In this document: positions 22,455 to 39,695 of the stretch, one piece after another
Layout: every line of letters starts with the position of its first letter
Numbering within the stretch: position 1 is the first letter of the stretch
Source: the human T2T-CHM13v2.0 reference genome, Homo sapiens
Direction: 5' to 3' (one strand)
Assembly: GCF_009914755.1 (NCBI RefSeq)
Contig: NC_060938.1
DNA length: 64,000 nt
Notes under the pieces: model-generated
What the model was told of the DNA's origin: nothing
Databases searched by the model: none
What the model saw: the letters and a program-made list of their open reading frames with translations, nothing else
Made by a program: the position numbers and the translations under genes

Positions 22455-22501
22455 ATGAAAGAAATGACCTGCCGTGATATCGTTAAAGAAGTTGCAAAAA
22501 T
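22455..22501 (+). CDS. PSMA3: PSMA3 exon 8 (MKEMTCRDIVKEVAKI)
   Basis: tatag|ATGAAA...AAAAT|gtaagt, 47 nt. Confidence 0.98.
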
Positions 22502-23913
22502 GTAAGTTGAAATTTTTCTTACCATCCACAAAAATATTTCATTTGACCTTTGCATATATATATTACATTAATCCTAAGAAGCTGTTTTCCTGTAAAATAA
22601 CTTAGTGTATAATTTTTAGAAGGTAAATTTAACATTCTAAGAAGCCTCACGAAGGAAGAAAATGTTTTTAAGCAATATTTTTTAGTAGTAATGAATAGGA
22701 TGGGAAAAATAGCTTGACAAAATAAACTCCTGTTACAGGTTAAGGACATATACCATTAGGGTCTTAATTTGTTAGCTCCCAACTTCTCAAATCTCTTAAG
22801 TCCTAATAATAGTAATCTTAAGATTGCCTCTATTGTAAGAATGCTTACAAACTTTATAGGTTACAACTAATTATTTCAATACATGATCCATGAAGCTGGC
22901 TCATTTATATAATCTGCTATTTATTTGGGAAAGATATGTTTCACTTTTTCAGGTTTATTATAAAAGTTCCTATAACAAGGTAAGAAGAGCAGTATTACAA
23001 AACATTTCAACAACCAGCTTAAGAAACCCTGAATAGTTTATTACAGGTATATAAAGTAGAATACTATTAATATGTAACAGGTATTTGGACAGTAAACAAT
23101 AAAAAAGTCAATTAACCTGGGTAGTGATGTTTCTAAAATTTTGTGATTCTCTAGATCAAAGAGTGTAGACATTTGGTATTACAAAAAGATTCCAACAAAA
23201 TACGTTGTGTAGCCAGCTTTTTAGATTCAAAAGTTATGGATAATCGTAATTCATAACAACTCTAAGTATTCCACATTAGAACTACATAAACAAGGTCTAG
23301 TCAATCACCTGTCTGTATGGTAGTGTATCAGGTTTTACATCTAACAATACGTGGAAGAAAAAAATTCCAATGGGCTCTATTGTTTAATAAACATACTATT
23401 TACATCACACTCAGAGTCTCTTATTAACCGGTCCATCATTACTGCTACTGCCTTTACCCCTCTTGCCACCTCCTCCCCTCCGCCCTCCTAGTTTCAGTTG
23501 TGAAGCAAGCAGAAGCCATTCTATGATTGTCAGTTAATAATGGCAACACTAGGAACCAACATGCAGCAGAGCTGCTAAGAAAGGAAGTCAGATATCTTCC
23601 TTGAATTGTATAGTATGTTATCATGATATACTCTGTTTCCTTCACCGAACCAATCCTTTGAAGTCCTTCTGGAAATCAGTTCTTACCATCTTTTATATTT
23701 AGGTATAATGGTAGTCATCTGTTAAGTGTTCCATGTTAGGAAAGCCATCCCTTCATCATTTAAGAAAATGGAGCAGCATGTTATCTTTTACTTAGTTGTA
23801 GAAAATCAAGATCCTCTCATATTATAGCAAGGTTTTAGAAGACCCTCCAAAAAGTAAGGTATGTAACTCAGTGCATAGTATTAGATAAAGCTATACTCTG
23901 CTACTGTACTTAA

Positions 23914-24149
<236 letters not shown>

Positions 24150-24405
24150 TGATCCACCCACCTTGGCCTCCCAAAGTGCTGGGATTACAGATGTGAACCA
24201 CCGCACCTGGCCTCTTGATACTTTTTATGTTACTTTAATATGTTGCATGACAGTGCCTCCTTCTTTGCTGTAATTTGTAAGGTACTACAATGTGAAGGCC
24301 AGGTTATGTGGCATATATGCCATTATAAAATGGACAAGGAGCTTAAAAAGACTACTGCCAAGAAGCTATAGGTTGAAGAGACCACTAATAATTGCAAGCA
24401 CATAA

Positions 24406-24726
<321 letters not shown>

Positions 24727-25291
24727 TAAATATATTTAAGTTAATGGACAAAATATTCTAAAAGGGCACAGTTAATGACGCCTCTTCCTAGTGAATCCGT
24801 GTTCTTTATGAGGTATCTTTTATAGTTGTATCTTTTTTTTTTTCTGAGATGGAGTCTCGCTCTACTGTAGCCCAGGATGGAGTGCAGTAGTGTGATCTTG
24901 GCTCACTGCAACCCCTGCCTCCCGGGTTCAAGGAATTCTCCTGCCTTAGCCTCCTGAGTAGCTGAGATTACAGGCGCCCACCACCACACCTGGCTGATTT
25001 TTGTTTCTTAGTAGAGACAGGGTTTCACCATGTTGGCCAGGCTAGTCTCGAACTGACCTCAAGTGATCCATCCGCCTTGGTCTCCCAAAGTGTTGGGATT
25101 ACAGGTGTGAGCCACTGTGCCCAGCCAAGTTATATCTCTAAAGCAATGTGCAAAAATAAACTGAACTTGGGTTGATTAGGTATATTCAACATTTGTCGGG
25201 AGAGTAGATGTTTCATTTTATTTCAGTCCCTGTGTAATTTGTCTTCTCTAATGTTAAATACTATGTAGAATGTGTCTGTGTAATTTTATAG

Positions 25292-25495
<204 letters not shown>

Positions 25496-25907
25496 TAGGA
25501 ATGATCTGTACCACAGCTAATTTACAACTGAGTGTCCTTTCTAATATAATGAAAGCTAAAGCAAATTTACTAGGTTGTCTAATGAAGGGAAAGTTCTGCT
25601 TAATAATTGACTTAAGTTGTGAACACGTTATTTTTTGAAACATCCATTTCATGGTTTTAAGATATTATGCTATAAATTAATGCTCAGGATTTATAAATAG
25701 CATAATTTACTTTCATTTCCATAAGAACTTAATATGTAGGCACATATAATCTCATGTAGAAGCAGCACACAAAAATATTCGAGTATTACTCAAAGTACAA
25801 CTTTGCAACCTTAGGTGAGTCAGATATGTGGATTGGGTAGATCCTATGGTATACTGCAAGTTACAATATGGTACTCAATTTAAAATTCATTTACACATGT
25901 GGCTTAA

Positions 25908-26087
<180 letters not shown>

Positions 26088-26214
26088 TAAAAAAAAAAAA
26101 ATTCTCTAACCAAAATTATGTGTTGAATAATATAAATAGACTGGGGTGGTTTCTATGAAATAACACTGAGAGTTCAGTTGAACTAAAGATAGAAATTTTC
26201 TAGGTTATCTCTAG

Positions 26215-26543
<329 letters not shown>

Positions 26544-26833
26544 TGAACTCACGTGATCTGCCTACTTTGGCCCCCGTAAAGTGCTGGGATTACAGGCATG
26601 AACACTGCACCAGGCCTCTTAAGTATATATTCTATCAAAGATACAGTCATTGCATGTTAGAGCAACATTTGCTTAATTAACTTTGCTTGGGTATCTTATT
26701 CTGAAACTGTTCATTCAGTTACAAGTAGAGGAATTTAACCACTTAATTCAGGTTGTTGTAGCTTAACTTGCCCACAGGTGTGGGATATAACAATTTTAAA
26801 AATCAATTTTAAACACCTGTTTTCTCTTAACAG

Positions 26834-26878
26834 GAATCTCTGAAGGAAGAAGATGAATCAGATGATGATAATATGTAA
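26834..26878 (+). CDS. PSMA3: PSMA3 exon 11 coding part (ESLKEEDESDDDNM*)
   Basis: aacag|GAATCT...ATGTAA. Encodes the acidic C-terminal tail. Exon lengths sum to a 768-nt CDS when the 21-nt exon 1 CDS is included. Confidence 0.98.
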   Translation, partial: ESLKEEDESDDDNM

Positions 26879-26967
26879 CATTTACTCCAGCATCTATTGT
26901 ATTTTAAATTTCTACTCCAGTCCAATGTAACTATTTAGCCCTGGATTATACATACTGTCCAATTTTC

Positions 26968-26973
26968 ATTAAA
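26968..26973 (+). terminator. PSMA3: PSMA3 polyadenylation signal ATTAAA
   Basis: ATTAAA about 90 nt after the stop codon, followed by T/GT-rich sequence, implying a short 3'UTR. Confidence 0.75.
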
Positions 26974-28560
26974 TTTTTGTCTTATAACTATTGAAGTTTG
27001 GTTAATATCTGCTTTACAAAATTGGTGGGGGTAAATGAGGACATTTACTCAGTATTAAAATATAGATTTATGACTACTGAAAAATTCCCTGGTTAAAATG
27101 CTGCAGAATTAATTCCAAGACTGTAGATTAATTCAAAGCCCCATCTTCATCACTCAACTAGAATTTACAGATCATATTCTCCTGGGCTTTTGTACAAAAA
27201 GCACCTACCAACTTAGTGGACAAATAACTGATACGGTTTCCCACTTTCATATGAAGTAACTGGTGGTCATCAGTCACTGTTAATCTTTAGATGTGATACA
27301 GATGACAGATGTTTCAGTTTTGGATAATTTTTCAAAAACTGACCCTTCTCAAAAAAGACCCTTCAATACATGAGTCAAGGATGTTTTTGCTTTTTTCCTT
27401 TATTGTGGTGAGGGGCGGATTTAAGGATCAATAAAGTCCCTATTCTGTCACTAAAAAAATTTCTTGATCTCTAAAGATTAAAATAAAAATACCAACATCA
27501 GACAGCTTTCATGTTAAAAATCAGAATTTATGTTAAAGTGCTCTGTAAACAGAACTGTTACTAAGTGGAATAAACAGTACTGTGGCCGATAAGAATAACT
27601 TGAAGCTGAAAAGCAGTACTCACAGCAGGAACAATTTGAACTCAGGCCATGTATACACACCCTCTAGTGGACTCATGCCAGTGTCACTCCATTGAAGTGT
27701 TGTGCTTTCCTAAGAAGGTAATCTAGCCACTGAATTTGGGTGCAGGGTATCGCTGGACTTTGAGCATTTGTGTAGTTTAAATAGCAAATCATTATACCTG
27801 AATATTAATAGCTAACTACTACACAAACAACTCAAAACCAGTAATGTCATGTCATTACCATGGCTTCTTTTATGTAACATTATCTGCTACATTTTACCAC
27901 TCAAAATATATTTAAAATATGTATTTTAAAATATATTAGAGCATATGGCTCAAGCAATCCTCCCACCTCAGCCTCCCAAGTAGCTGGGACCACAGGCAAG
28001 CACCACCATGCTTGGCTAACTTTTAAAAATTTTTTGTAGAGACCGCATCTCACTATGTTGCCCAGGCTGGTCTTGAACTCCTGGACTTGAGCAATCTGTT
28101 CACCTCAGCCTCCTAAAATGCTGAAATTACAGGCATGAGCCACCGGGCCTGGCCACAACTCATATATTTAACTGTGAATGACACAAGTGTTGGTCTTAGA
28201 AAAATACAGGAACAATACTAAATTGGATCCATTTACAGACAGGTAAATTGACTATCCCTAAGCCAATCTATGGTCATTCCTATACTTTCCCAAAGTTCCA
28301 AAGTATGAATGTCACATGAATGTTGAATTCTTCTTTGAATGTATCTATTCTTAAAATTTACACCAGCATAGTTAAAACCCTCTTTGAAAGACACTGGTTC
28401 TAAAGAGACCCAAATATGAGCAGCTAAGCTACTATAGATGCCATAATATAAGCAGATATACCTAGTTCTTCAACTCTTATGAAAGAAAGAACATCGAGTG
28501 ACGTGCTTTTCTTTTTTTGAGATGGAGTCTCGCTCTGTTGCTTAAGCTGAAGTGCAGTGA

Positions 28561-28704
<144 letters not shown>

Positions 28705-28706
28705 TA

Positions 28707-28829
<123 letters not shown>

Positions 28830-30289
28830 TTAACAAATGTAGGTTCAATTGTAAGGATACTTTGTAACCACTGATGAGATATGACTAGCCTCTTTAGGAA
28901 AAAAAGCTGGTAAATTTTACTTTGATAAACGTAAAATTTATTTTAAGCAAAGACTGAGTACCTTATTACCATAAATCATCTTGATGCTGGTACCTAAAAA
29001 AAAAAAAAAAAAAAAAAAAGTTTAAAAGTTTTGCTTTAGAGATTCCAAAGAATATATTTAGACTTATAAAAGCACTTATCTGATAAGATTCTATTTGCTT
29101 TTCTTTATTCATAGAGACCTAAAAAATAAGAAAGTCAACTTCTAGGTTACCAATGTTTAACAGGTCTCAACATCAGAATATTCTTCATTTCACAGGAAAA
29201 GTAGCAAATTAAGACTACAAATATTCTCAGTTTGTAAAAATATCCACCTATCAAAGGAACTTCAAAACATGAAATGCAACTATTGTAACCCCAACCAAGT
29301 ATAGCTTTTTTTTGTTGTTCCCACTGACCATATGTATCTATTATGGCTGAACTATAATAAAGTATATACCACCACCTCCCCCACTCCCCACCGCACAAGA
29401 CTGAGAGTTGTTTAAAAAAAAAAAAAATCCTTTCCTTGTATTTCAACTGGTGAGCACAAATAACTATTCACATGCTAAAGGTACACACATTGAAATCATA
29501 CTAACTGCTGGATAAGGTATACTATTTGAAAATCACTGATTCAGAAATGTGTCAATCGAAGGCTTCTAAACTAAGATGAACATGGAGGCTGGGTGTGGTG
29601 GCTCACACCTGTAATCTCAACACTTTGGGAAGCTGAGGCAGGAGGATCGCTTGAACCCAGGAGTTCAAGACCAGCCTAAGCAACGTAGTGAGAGACCTTT
29701 TCTCTACAAAAAATAAGAAAGTCAGCCAGGCATGATGGCATGCGCCTGTAGTCCCAGCTACTCAAGAGGCTGAGGTGGGAGGATATCTTGAGCCCAGGAG
29801 TTCAGGGCTGTAGTGAGCTATGATGGCACCACTACACTCCGGCTTGGGTGACAGAGCAAGATTCTGTCTCAAAGAGAAAGAAGAAAAAAAAAAAAAAGCA
29901 TGGTTTATCACCTGAACAGATCTGGAAAACTGAATCTTTGAAAATACATAAGTGTGGGGGGACCAATTATTTTATGAACTACAGTAGTGGGATTTTTTTT
30001 TTCTTAAAAGAAGTTAGGACTTCCTCTCTACCCCAGTTTAACCACAACAATTTAATAAAACTAGTACTGTAGCTCAAAACAGGACATTAGTTTATAAGCT
30101 CATAGATTTCAATCTAGCTTTGTCATTTAGTAACTGTGTGACTTGGGCAAGTTACTTAATTTTCTCATCTATAAAATAAGGATTATGTACCATTTTAAAT
30201 GGCAACAAAACTGGAATTATTCAGATACACATCTAAATTTGTCCAAGGTTTTAATGTTGGAAAATTATTAAATGAGAAAAAGAACTAAA

Positions 30290-31640
30290 ACAGGAAGTGT
30301 TATCAGAAAAGACTGTATTGCTAAGATACCACTTCTCTCCAAAATCATTTATTAGATTCGATGTAAACTTAGTCAAATTCCCAAGTGGCTTTTTGGGGGA
30401 AAGTGGTAGAAATCAATAAGCTGTTTCTAAAATTTATATGGAAAAAGTGAAAGAATTAGAAGAGCCAAAACAATTTTGAAAAGCACAAGTGAGAAGACCC
30501 ACATTACCTAATTTCAAGACTAACTATAAAGTTCATAATGTAGACATAATATAAAATGGAGTTTAAAAACAGACCCACAAATATAGTCAACTGACAAAAG
30601 TAAAAAAGCAAATTACTAGAGAAAGGATAGTGTTTTTTCAACAAATGGTGCTGGAACAACTGAACATTCATATGCAGGAAGAAAAAAAACCCCAAACAAA
30701 AACCTCAAACCATATCTTATACTACCTATATATAAAAAGTAGCTCAAAAGTGATCATGGACCAAAATGTACCTCAACCTGTAAAGCTTCAAAGAAAACAG
30801 AAGACATGTGTGACTGGTTTAAGAAAGAGTTCTCAGATACTACACCAAAAGCATGATCCATAAAAGAAAAACAATTGACAAGCTTTATCAAAATTAAAAC
30901 CAGCTGTTCTCCTTCCTAAAAACACTATTAAGGGACTGACAAGACAGGAAAAACTCTGGGGGAAAATATTTGCAAATCACATGTCTGACAAAGGACTTGT
31001 GTCCAGAATATATGAAGAACTCTCGAAATTGAACAATATGAAAACTCAACTTTTAAAAATGGGCAAAACAATAGGACCATTTACTAAAGAAGACACACTA
31101 ATGACAAATATGTAAGGAAAGATATTCATTAGGAAAAGGCAAAATCACGATGAGATACCACTCTACATCTATTATAATGTGTATAATTAAAACTATACAT
31201 TCTGACCACACTAGCACTGGTGAGTACGTAGACTAATGAATGCTTTATTGCTGGTGGGAAAGGAAAATGGTACAGATGCTTTGGAAAACAGTTTAGCAGC
31301 TTCTTATGAAGTTTAACACTTAGAGTATAACCCAGCACTCCTATTCCTAGGTGTTTACCTAAGTGAAATGAAAACTTCAGCTACATGATTCATGCATACT
31401 ATATGATTCCAACTGTATGACATTTTTGAAAAGGCCAAACTATATGATCAGAAAAACAAAGCAGTGGTTCTCAGGGTGGGGGTGGGGGGTTGAGCATGGT
31501 AAGAAGTTTAGTTAAATTAGCAAAAAACAACTTCCTGTAGTGATGGAAATGTTCTGTATCTTGATTGTATTTAGCTGTAAGACTGTTTAAATTTGTTAAT
31601 ATTAATGGAATCATACGTATAAAGAGTAAATTTTACTGTA
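30290..31640 (+). mobile_element. Old L1M fragment (3' ORF2 and 3'UTR)
   Basis: ttcaacaaatggtgctggaacaac, gaaaatatttgcaaatcacatgtctgacaaaggacttgtgtccagaatatat, atactatatgattcca. Heavily decayed. Confidence 0.85.
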
Positions 31641-32176
31641 TTATATCACAATAAACCAAGACTTAAGAAAAACTGCCTAGTATATAGAAAATGTTGAAAC
31701 GCATGTTATCCTTCACTTCAGTTGAGCATCTGGGCACCACACTAGCATGTGTGCCACCTGGGATCCTTTTTATTACACTGCAATAATCACACTGGCTAAA
31801 CCTATTCTTTAAACTTGTAACACTACCTAATTTTAACAGTTTGAGGAAAGCATTCCATTTTAATCCAAAAAATATACCTCTTCCCCCTGCCCCCCAGACA
31901 GAATTTTGCTCTTCTTGCCCAGGCTGGAGTGCAGTGGCACGATCTTGGCTTACTGCAACTTCGTCCTCCTGGGTTCAAGAGATTCTTCTGCCTCAGTCTC
32001 CCGAGTAGCTGGGATTACAGGCGCTAATTTTTCTATTTTTACTAGAGACGGGGTTTCATCATGTTGGCTAGGCTAGTCTCAAACTCTGACCTTGTGATCC
32101 GCCCGCCTCGACCTCCCGAAGTGCTAGGGAGCCACCGCGCCTGGTCTTTTTTTTTTTCTTTTTTTTTTTTTTTTGA

Positions 32177-32320
<144 letters not shown>

Positions 32321-32895
32321 TAATTTTGTATTTTTAGTAGAGACGGGATTTCACCATGTTGGTCAGGCTGGTTTCGAACTCCTGACTGCAGGTGATCCAC
32401 CCACCTAGGCCTCCCAAAGTGCTGGGATTACAGGCATGAGCCACTGCACCCAGCATACCTCAATCATAATAAACATTAATTGCTTATTAGAACTGTTAAA
32501 GGACACATGAAATAGAAAACGTGATTCTTGCCCTTTACAAAATATTCTGAGAAGCCGTTTCCTTATAAAACCACTAAATTATATCTTACCCTCCTTTAAA
32601 CTGGGGTGAATTTTAAAGATACCTTTTCGCATGTTGCTGCTTAAACTAAACCACCACCACCAAAAAAAAAAGTAAGAAAAAAAAACCAAAAGACCTCAGT
32701 GTAGTGGTGTCCAACTATGGTCCCAGCTACTCATGAGGCTGAGGTGAGAGGATTGCTTGAGCAGTGCTGCATTGTGCTGTGAAAGTGCCTGTGAATAGCC
32801 ACTACACTCCAGCCTGGACAACATAGCGAGACCTTGCCTGTATGAAGTTTAAAAAAAAAAAAAAAAAAGATAACAAGGCCAGGCGTGGCGGCTCA

Positions 32896-33225
<330 letters not shown>

Positions 33226-33234
33226 CTATTTTAG

Positions 33235-33498
<264 letters not shown>

Positions 33499-34261
33499 TG
33501 ATCCTCCCACCTCGGCCTCCCAAAGTGTTGCGATTATGGGTGTGAGCCACTGCCCAGCCTCCATTGTTTTTGCAATGTAGGTACTTAAATTATGTGGTAT
33601 GTTCATATGTACCTATGTATTTATTGTCCCTCATATAAATATTAAAACATTACAAATAAAAGTAATATTCCTTCTTTGACCACTCAACCCCTTCAAGAGG
33701 TACTCTATTATAAAGTGTATCCTTCCAGTCCATATATCTCTTTGAAATAAATACTAGTATAATGTGATTAACATATAAAGATAGTTGATGAGCAGGATTC
33801 CTTACTCATGTATCTTGGGTTTGTCTTTGAAGTGTATCATTTGGACTTATATTTCATTTCTACTACATGGAATCACAAAGTTTTGAGAAAAATTCATGTA
33901 AATAAAGAGTTGAACTATTAAGATCCATGTGGAAATGGGAGTTAATTTTTTTTCAGGAAAAGTCAATGGGATTCAAGATTAATATAATATAAGGGAATTA
34001 TTCTTAAGATAGCACCGAAGAAAATTCTGATAATTTAGAGAAAAGGAAATGGTATAGGAAAATTACAGGTATAAAGATAATAATATATGATATTTAGTAG
34101 GTCTGATTGGTTTGGGTGTCAGTAGCAACCAAGTGATAGCAGTAAAAATTCAAGGCAAACATTTGGATGCCTACGATGTATCACATCACCAAGGAAGACT
34201 AAAATTTAAAAAGTTCAGATATAGTTCTTTCCCCAGTGAGAAAAGCAGATACTAAAAATCA

Positions 34262-34625
<364 letters not shown>

Positions 34626-35079
34626 CTATAAACATGTGCTTTGGGGAGGAGAGAACATAAATTCTGACAAATATGGAAGGGAATTTGGGAACATTTCCTG
34701 GACACCTAGTGGAAGACCCCTCCAATGAGTGAATTCAGGAGAAAAAGCTTATCAATAATTATGAGTAAAAAACTTCTGAGATTCCAGTAATTAAAACAAA
34801 GTAGATTATGTAAAAATATGAAGGACAGAATTTACATGATAGTGGGAATGCATGCAACAGACAACTTTCTCAAAGTGTGGTTCGAAGATCACCTAAGTCA
34901 GAATTCTACAGATTTGAACTCACTAGGTAGGAAGAGGGACCCAGGAATCTGTATTTTCAATAAGTATCTGAGGTAATTCTTATTAACACTCTAAAATTTG
35001 AGAATCACTGATTTGGAAACAGGTTACTAAAAGGAGAATAGGGTAAGAGAAAAGGTTACTTTTAAAGTGATGACACTTA

Positions 35080-35388
<309 letters not shown>

Positions 35389-37283
35389 TTAGAAAGCAAA
35401 ATGGGGGATGAAGCAGTAAGGGATGATGGGTGTCTAGGAAAACTTTTTTTCATGATTGTGTAAGGAATGTATGTCTCGGAAATAGCAGCATACATACACC
35501 TAGATGAAAAAAAGAGTGGGGGGTGGGGGGAAGGGGAGGGAAGAATCTGGCAGAAAATTTATAGGGATGGTTCCAAATATTTTAGAATTCAACATCAGCT
35601 CCCAAGGAAGACAACATACAGATGTTAAGAGAACATTTCCAACATGTGAGTGAACGAAGAGCCAGGGTGCCAATAAAGAAGAAATTCTGTAACTGTTCAC
35701 TAATGGTCAGGGATTGAAAAGCATCTTTCATATTTTACTGACAGGTCAAAAAAGAGAAAATTAGCTCTGACTTAATGCAGACCAGGTCAATTTGGTCAAA
35801 GAGAATTTTATAGACGAGCTTTGGTTCCACCATTGCAAAACAATATTCCGTTACCAGCAGTATTAGTAGGATTCAGGATTACACTGAAAGCATATTCTAC
35901 TCACACATTCTATTAACAACTAATTGGAATTTCATTTCATAGGATAAAAACTGACAGAAAATTCATCATTTATAACTAGGTGTTCTATTTACTATTTTAG
36001 CTGCAAAAGATTTTTAAAATGGTTTTACTGCAACTTCCCCCCAAAACATTTTCAACATTTAAAATGTAGCCCAGTTCTAATTACCATCTAACCTTTGACC
36101 TGTCTCTTCTATAAGTGAAGCAAATGTGTCTAAATACAGTTCTTACATATTTCTGGAATAAAAACCTACTAGAAATGAACATAGATCCTTCCTTCATAGG
36201 CAATATAATAATTCATTCACAACCTCAAACACATTTGACATGGAAAGCCTAAAGGCAAGCCACAAAGTAGGCAAGTCATACACTAAATAGTTCTGACAGC
36301 AAAAGGTTTCTCTTCCTTCCTGGCAACCCTCTCTTTCATGATAAGCAGCCAAATGAATCTTTCTGACAAATGACATCATATATAGACAAGACATGCCATT
36401 CTCCCCCACCACCCGCCCTAGATATCTGGACGGCTTCCAAACTGAATTTCAGGAGAAGCTAGCCTAGCATAAAATCCATTCTTTTCCCTAAATGGAAATC
36501 TGACAAAACAGGAAGTACACAGCAGCACAGAGAAGCAAGTTTTGTGTCTTAAGTATTTACTGGTAACAGACTAGTTCTTCGTGACTAATAAAATGCAGAA
36601 CTTCAAATCTGAGAGGAAAACAGCAAGTCTGCCTTGGGTTACCATGGCCTCGGCAATTCTAAGGCCTTAAAAGCAGTATCACATGATACACAGAGGAATA
36701 AGAAACAAGAAGGTGGTGCTTTTTTTTTTTTTTTTTGGTTATGTTCCTTCATACAAAAATTCCCCTCCCTGTCCCATCTGACCAAGATCTAGGCCACCAA
36801 AATTATACAAACACTGGAAGAAGCTTTATGATTGCATATATAGACTAAGAAACTAAGATTTTTTGAGAAACAGTAGGAATTCTGGTTTGATTTGAGGGAA
36901 ATAATTGGGGATTTATTTTTATTTTTTTGCTTGCCATAGGATTTGAGGTAACCCTAAATGTAAATAAATACAAATCCCTAAGATCCCTAAGTGGGCTATT
37001 TGAACTGGCAGACTCAGTAACATATTAAACCTATCAAACACGCCAACAAAAAGAAAAAAAAAAAAAGAACATGATTTCATCCTCCATGCCTTTTTTCCCA
37101 CTCAACCCACTGCTGTTAGGAATTTTTCAGGTAATGATTAATTTGTATCTAACGTCTAAGCTATTACACATAAGTGTAGTAGTATATCTAAGTGCCCAGC
37201 AAATGTTAAAGTACCAAATTTAAAACGTTATCTAGTTGATTCCTCACCCTGTCCAAAGAAGGTTGAGACAGACCTACAGTTAA

Positions 37284-37591
<308 letters not shown>

Positions 37592-39695
37592 TGAGCCACC
37601 GCACCCAGCCCATCTGATTTTTTATACAAATGAACTACAGAAGAAAATATTGAATCACACGGTAGTACTTTTGTGTGTGGGCAGTATAGACGTATATAAA
37701 ACTGAAATGTCACCATAATGACATTAATGAAATGTCACCATAATGAAATTAATCAGTGTGGCTATTACTTGAAATATCTGTTTTACCAACCAATGAAAGC
37801 AATCAGAACTCTTGTTAAATAAAACAGTGAGATAGAGGGGGCATTAAAGTTTCTGTCAGAATTTGATTCTAGGAACATCAGCCAATTCCTCAAATGCTAA
37901 AATTATCAAGTAAATGTCTAAGACTTCTGATTCTCAGAGTTTGTTAAAAAAAAGTTAACCTTGCAAAGAACAGGTGGATATTAGAAGCTTAGAATTCTTG
38001 TTTTAAAAATACGGTGCTAGACTGCAACCCTAAAATATTAAGAGCTGTAAATACCTAGCCCAATGACCCTCATTCTCTAAAAGCAAAAGCAGTGATGTAT
38101 CCCAGGTCACAGCCAATGAGTAATAGGCTTATGAGTAGAACACATAACATCCAGTTTTCAAATCCAGTGTTTCAGTATTAAAGTGCTTATTCAATCCAAC
38201 GTCCTGTTGAATTATTGTAAAAATTCTGAGAATTCTGGAGCTAAGCACACACAATACTGCTTTAACTCCATGAAGGCCTATGAGCCTGATATTTTATCTC
38301 CCCAATTCCTGCCATTCTCATTTTGTCCAAATCATGATGCCACACCCTTAGCAATATCACAGCAAGCAAGGATCAAGTGTCCTCATGAAATATCTCATCC
38401 AGTTCCTATTCTTAGGCTATACCCAGTTTCACACCTAAAGGCATTATGGTATTGTGATTAAAAAAGAAAAATACTTGGAGGGTGACACTATGGGTTCAAT
38501 AATTTATTGAGCCACGTGGCTTATCTATCCCACTACTGGCAGGTGACGAACCCTTAGCCCTGGATGAACTTTTCCCACATTTGTACCACTGATAATTATT
38601 AGGAAGATCTGTGAAAAATGAGGTAACAACAAGCAGAAAAACCATTCTCTGGTGGTTATTTAGAGATACAATCTTTTTTTAAAAAAGTGATTTCATTTTA
38701 AGTGACTGGCCAGGACATTCTTGAATGTACAAACACTGACAAAACACATTTTTACTGGCATGCATTTGTCCATTAAACATAACCTTTTAGCTTGTGATAC
38801 CTTTTATAAATTTTCATTACACAAATGAATGCCTACTAAGTCCCAAGGCCTATGATAGGTTCTAAACCTACAAGGAAGAAAAAGGTACAGTTTTCTGCCT
38901 GTAAAGATTGCACAACACAGTAAGAGAGACATATGTAAATAAAAGGCTAAAGTGCAATACAAAAAGTGGTAAAGAATCATGTAAGAGGAAACATGAAATT
39001 CACATGATGATTACCTATATAGTTCTACCTATTGAACTATCAGAAAACTTCACTTAAAAGGTAGCATTTGAATACAAGGAGATGGGATAACAATCAAATT
39101 GGTGAGAACAGTATGAACATAAGTAAATGAGAAAACATATGGCTTGTACAAGAGAACCATGATAGTTGAATGTGACTGCAGCATATGATGCTTGAAGGGA
39201 AGTAGTAAAAAATAAGGTTGGAGAGAGGTGGATATGACCTTTAGTAGGGTCTCAGAATCAAGACAAGAGAGTCTAGATGCTTAATGTCTGTATATCAATG
39301 CAATAAATGTATACATTTAAAACTCACTTGGAATGATATGCACGTAAGAGTATTACATATGTTACCACCACCACCTCATACCCAAGTACTTCCTAGATAC
39401 TTGGCACCATTCTAAACATTTTACATGTATTTACCATGTAATACTAATTCCAACCTTGTCAAGCCAGTTCTATTATTATCCCCATGTTACAGATGAGGCA
39501 AGGAGAATAAGAAATTTGCTCTAAATCACCCCTCCTCACAAAAATCCTGGCTATACCTACACATTCTAAAGCTAGAAGTATCTTCTTTGCTACCCCAGCA
39601 TAATTTTTAAAGCTATCATTCTTATGGGGGCACAGGAAAAACCTACAAAGTAACCTAAATGACTTAAGAATCCTTAAAAAAATAAAAGGTGTCAA

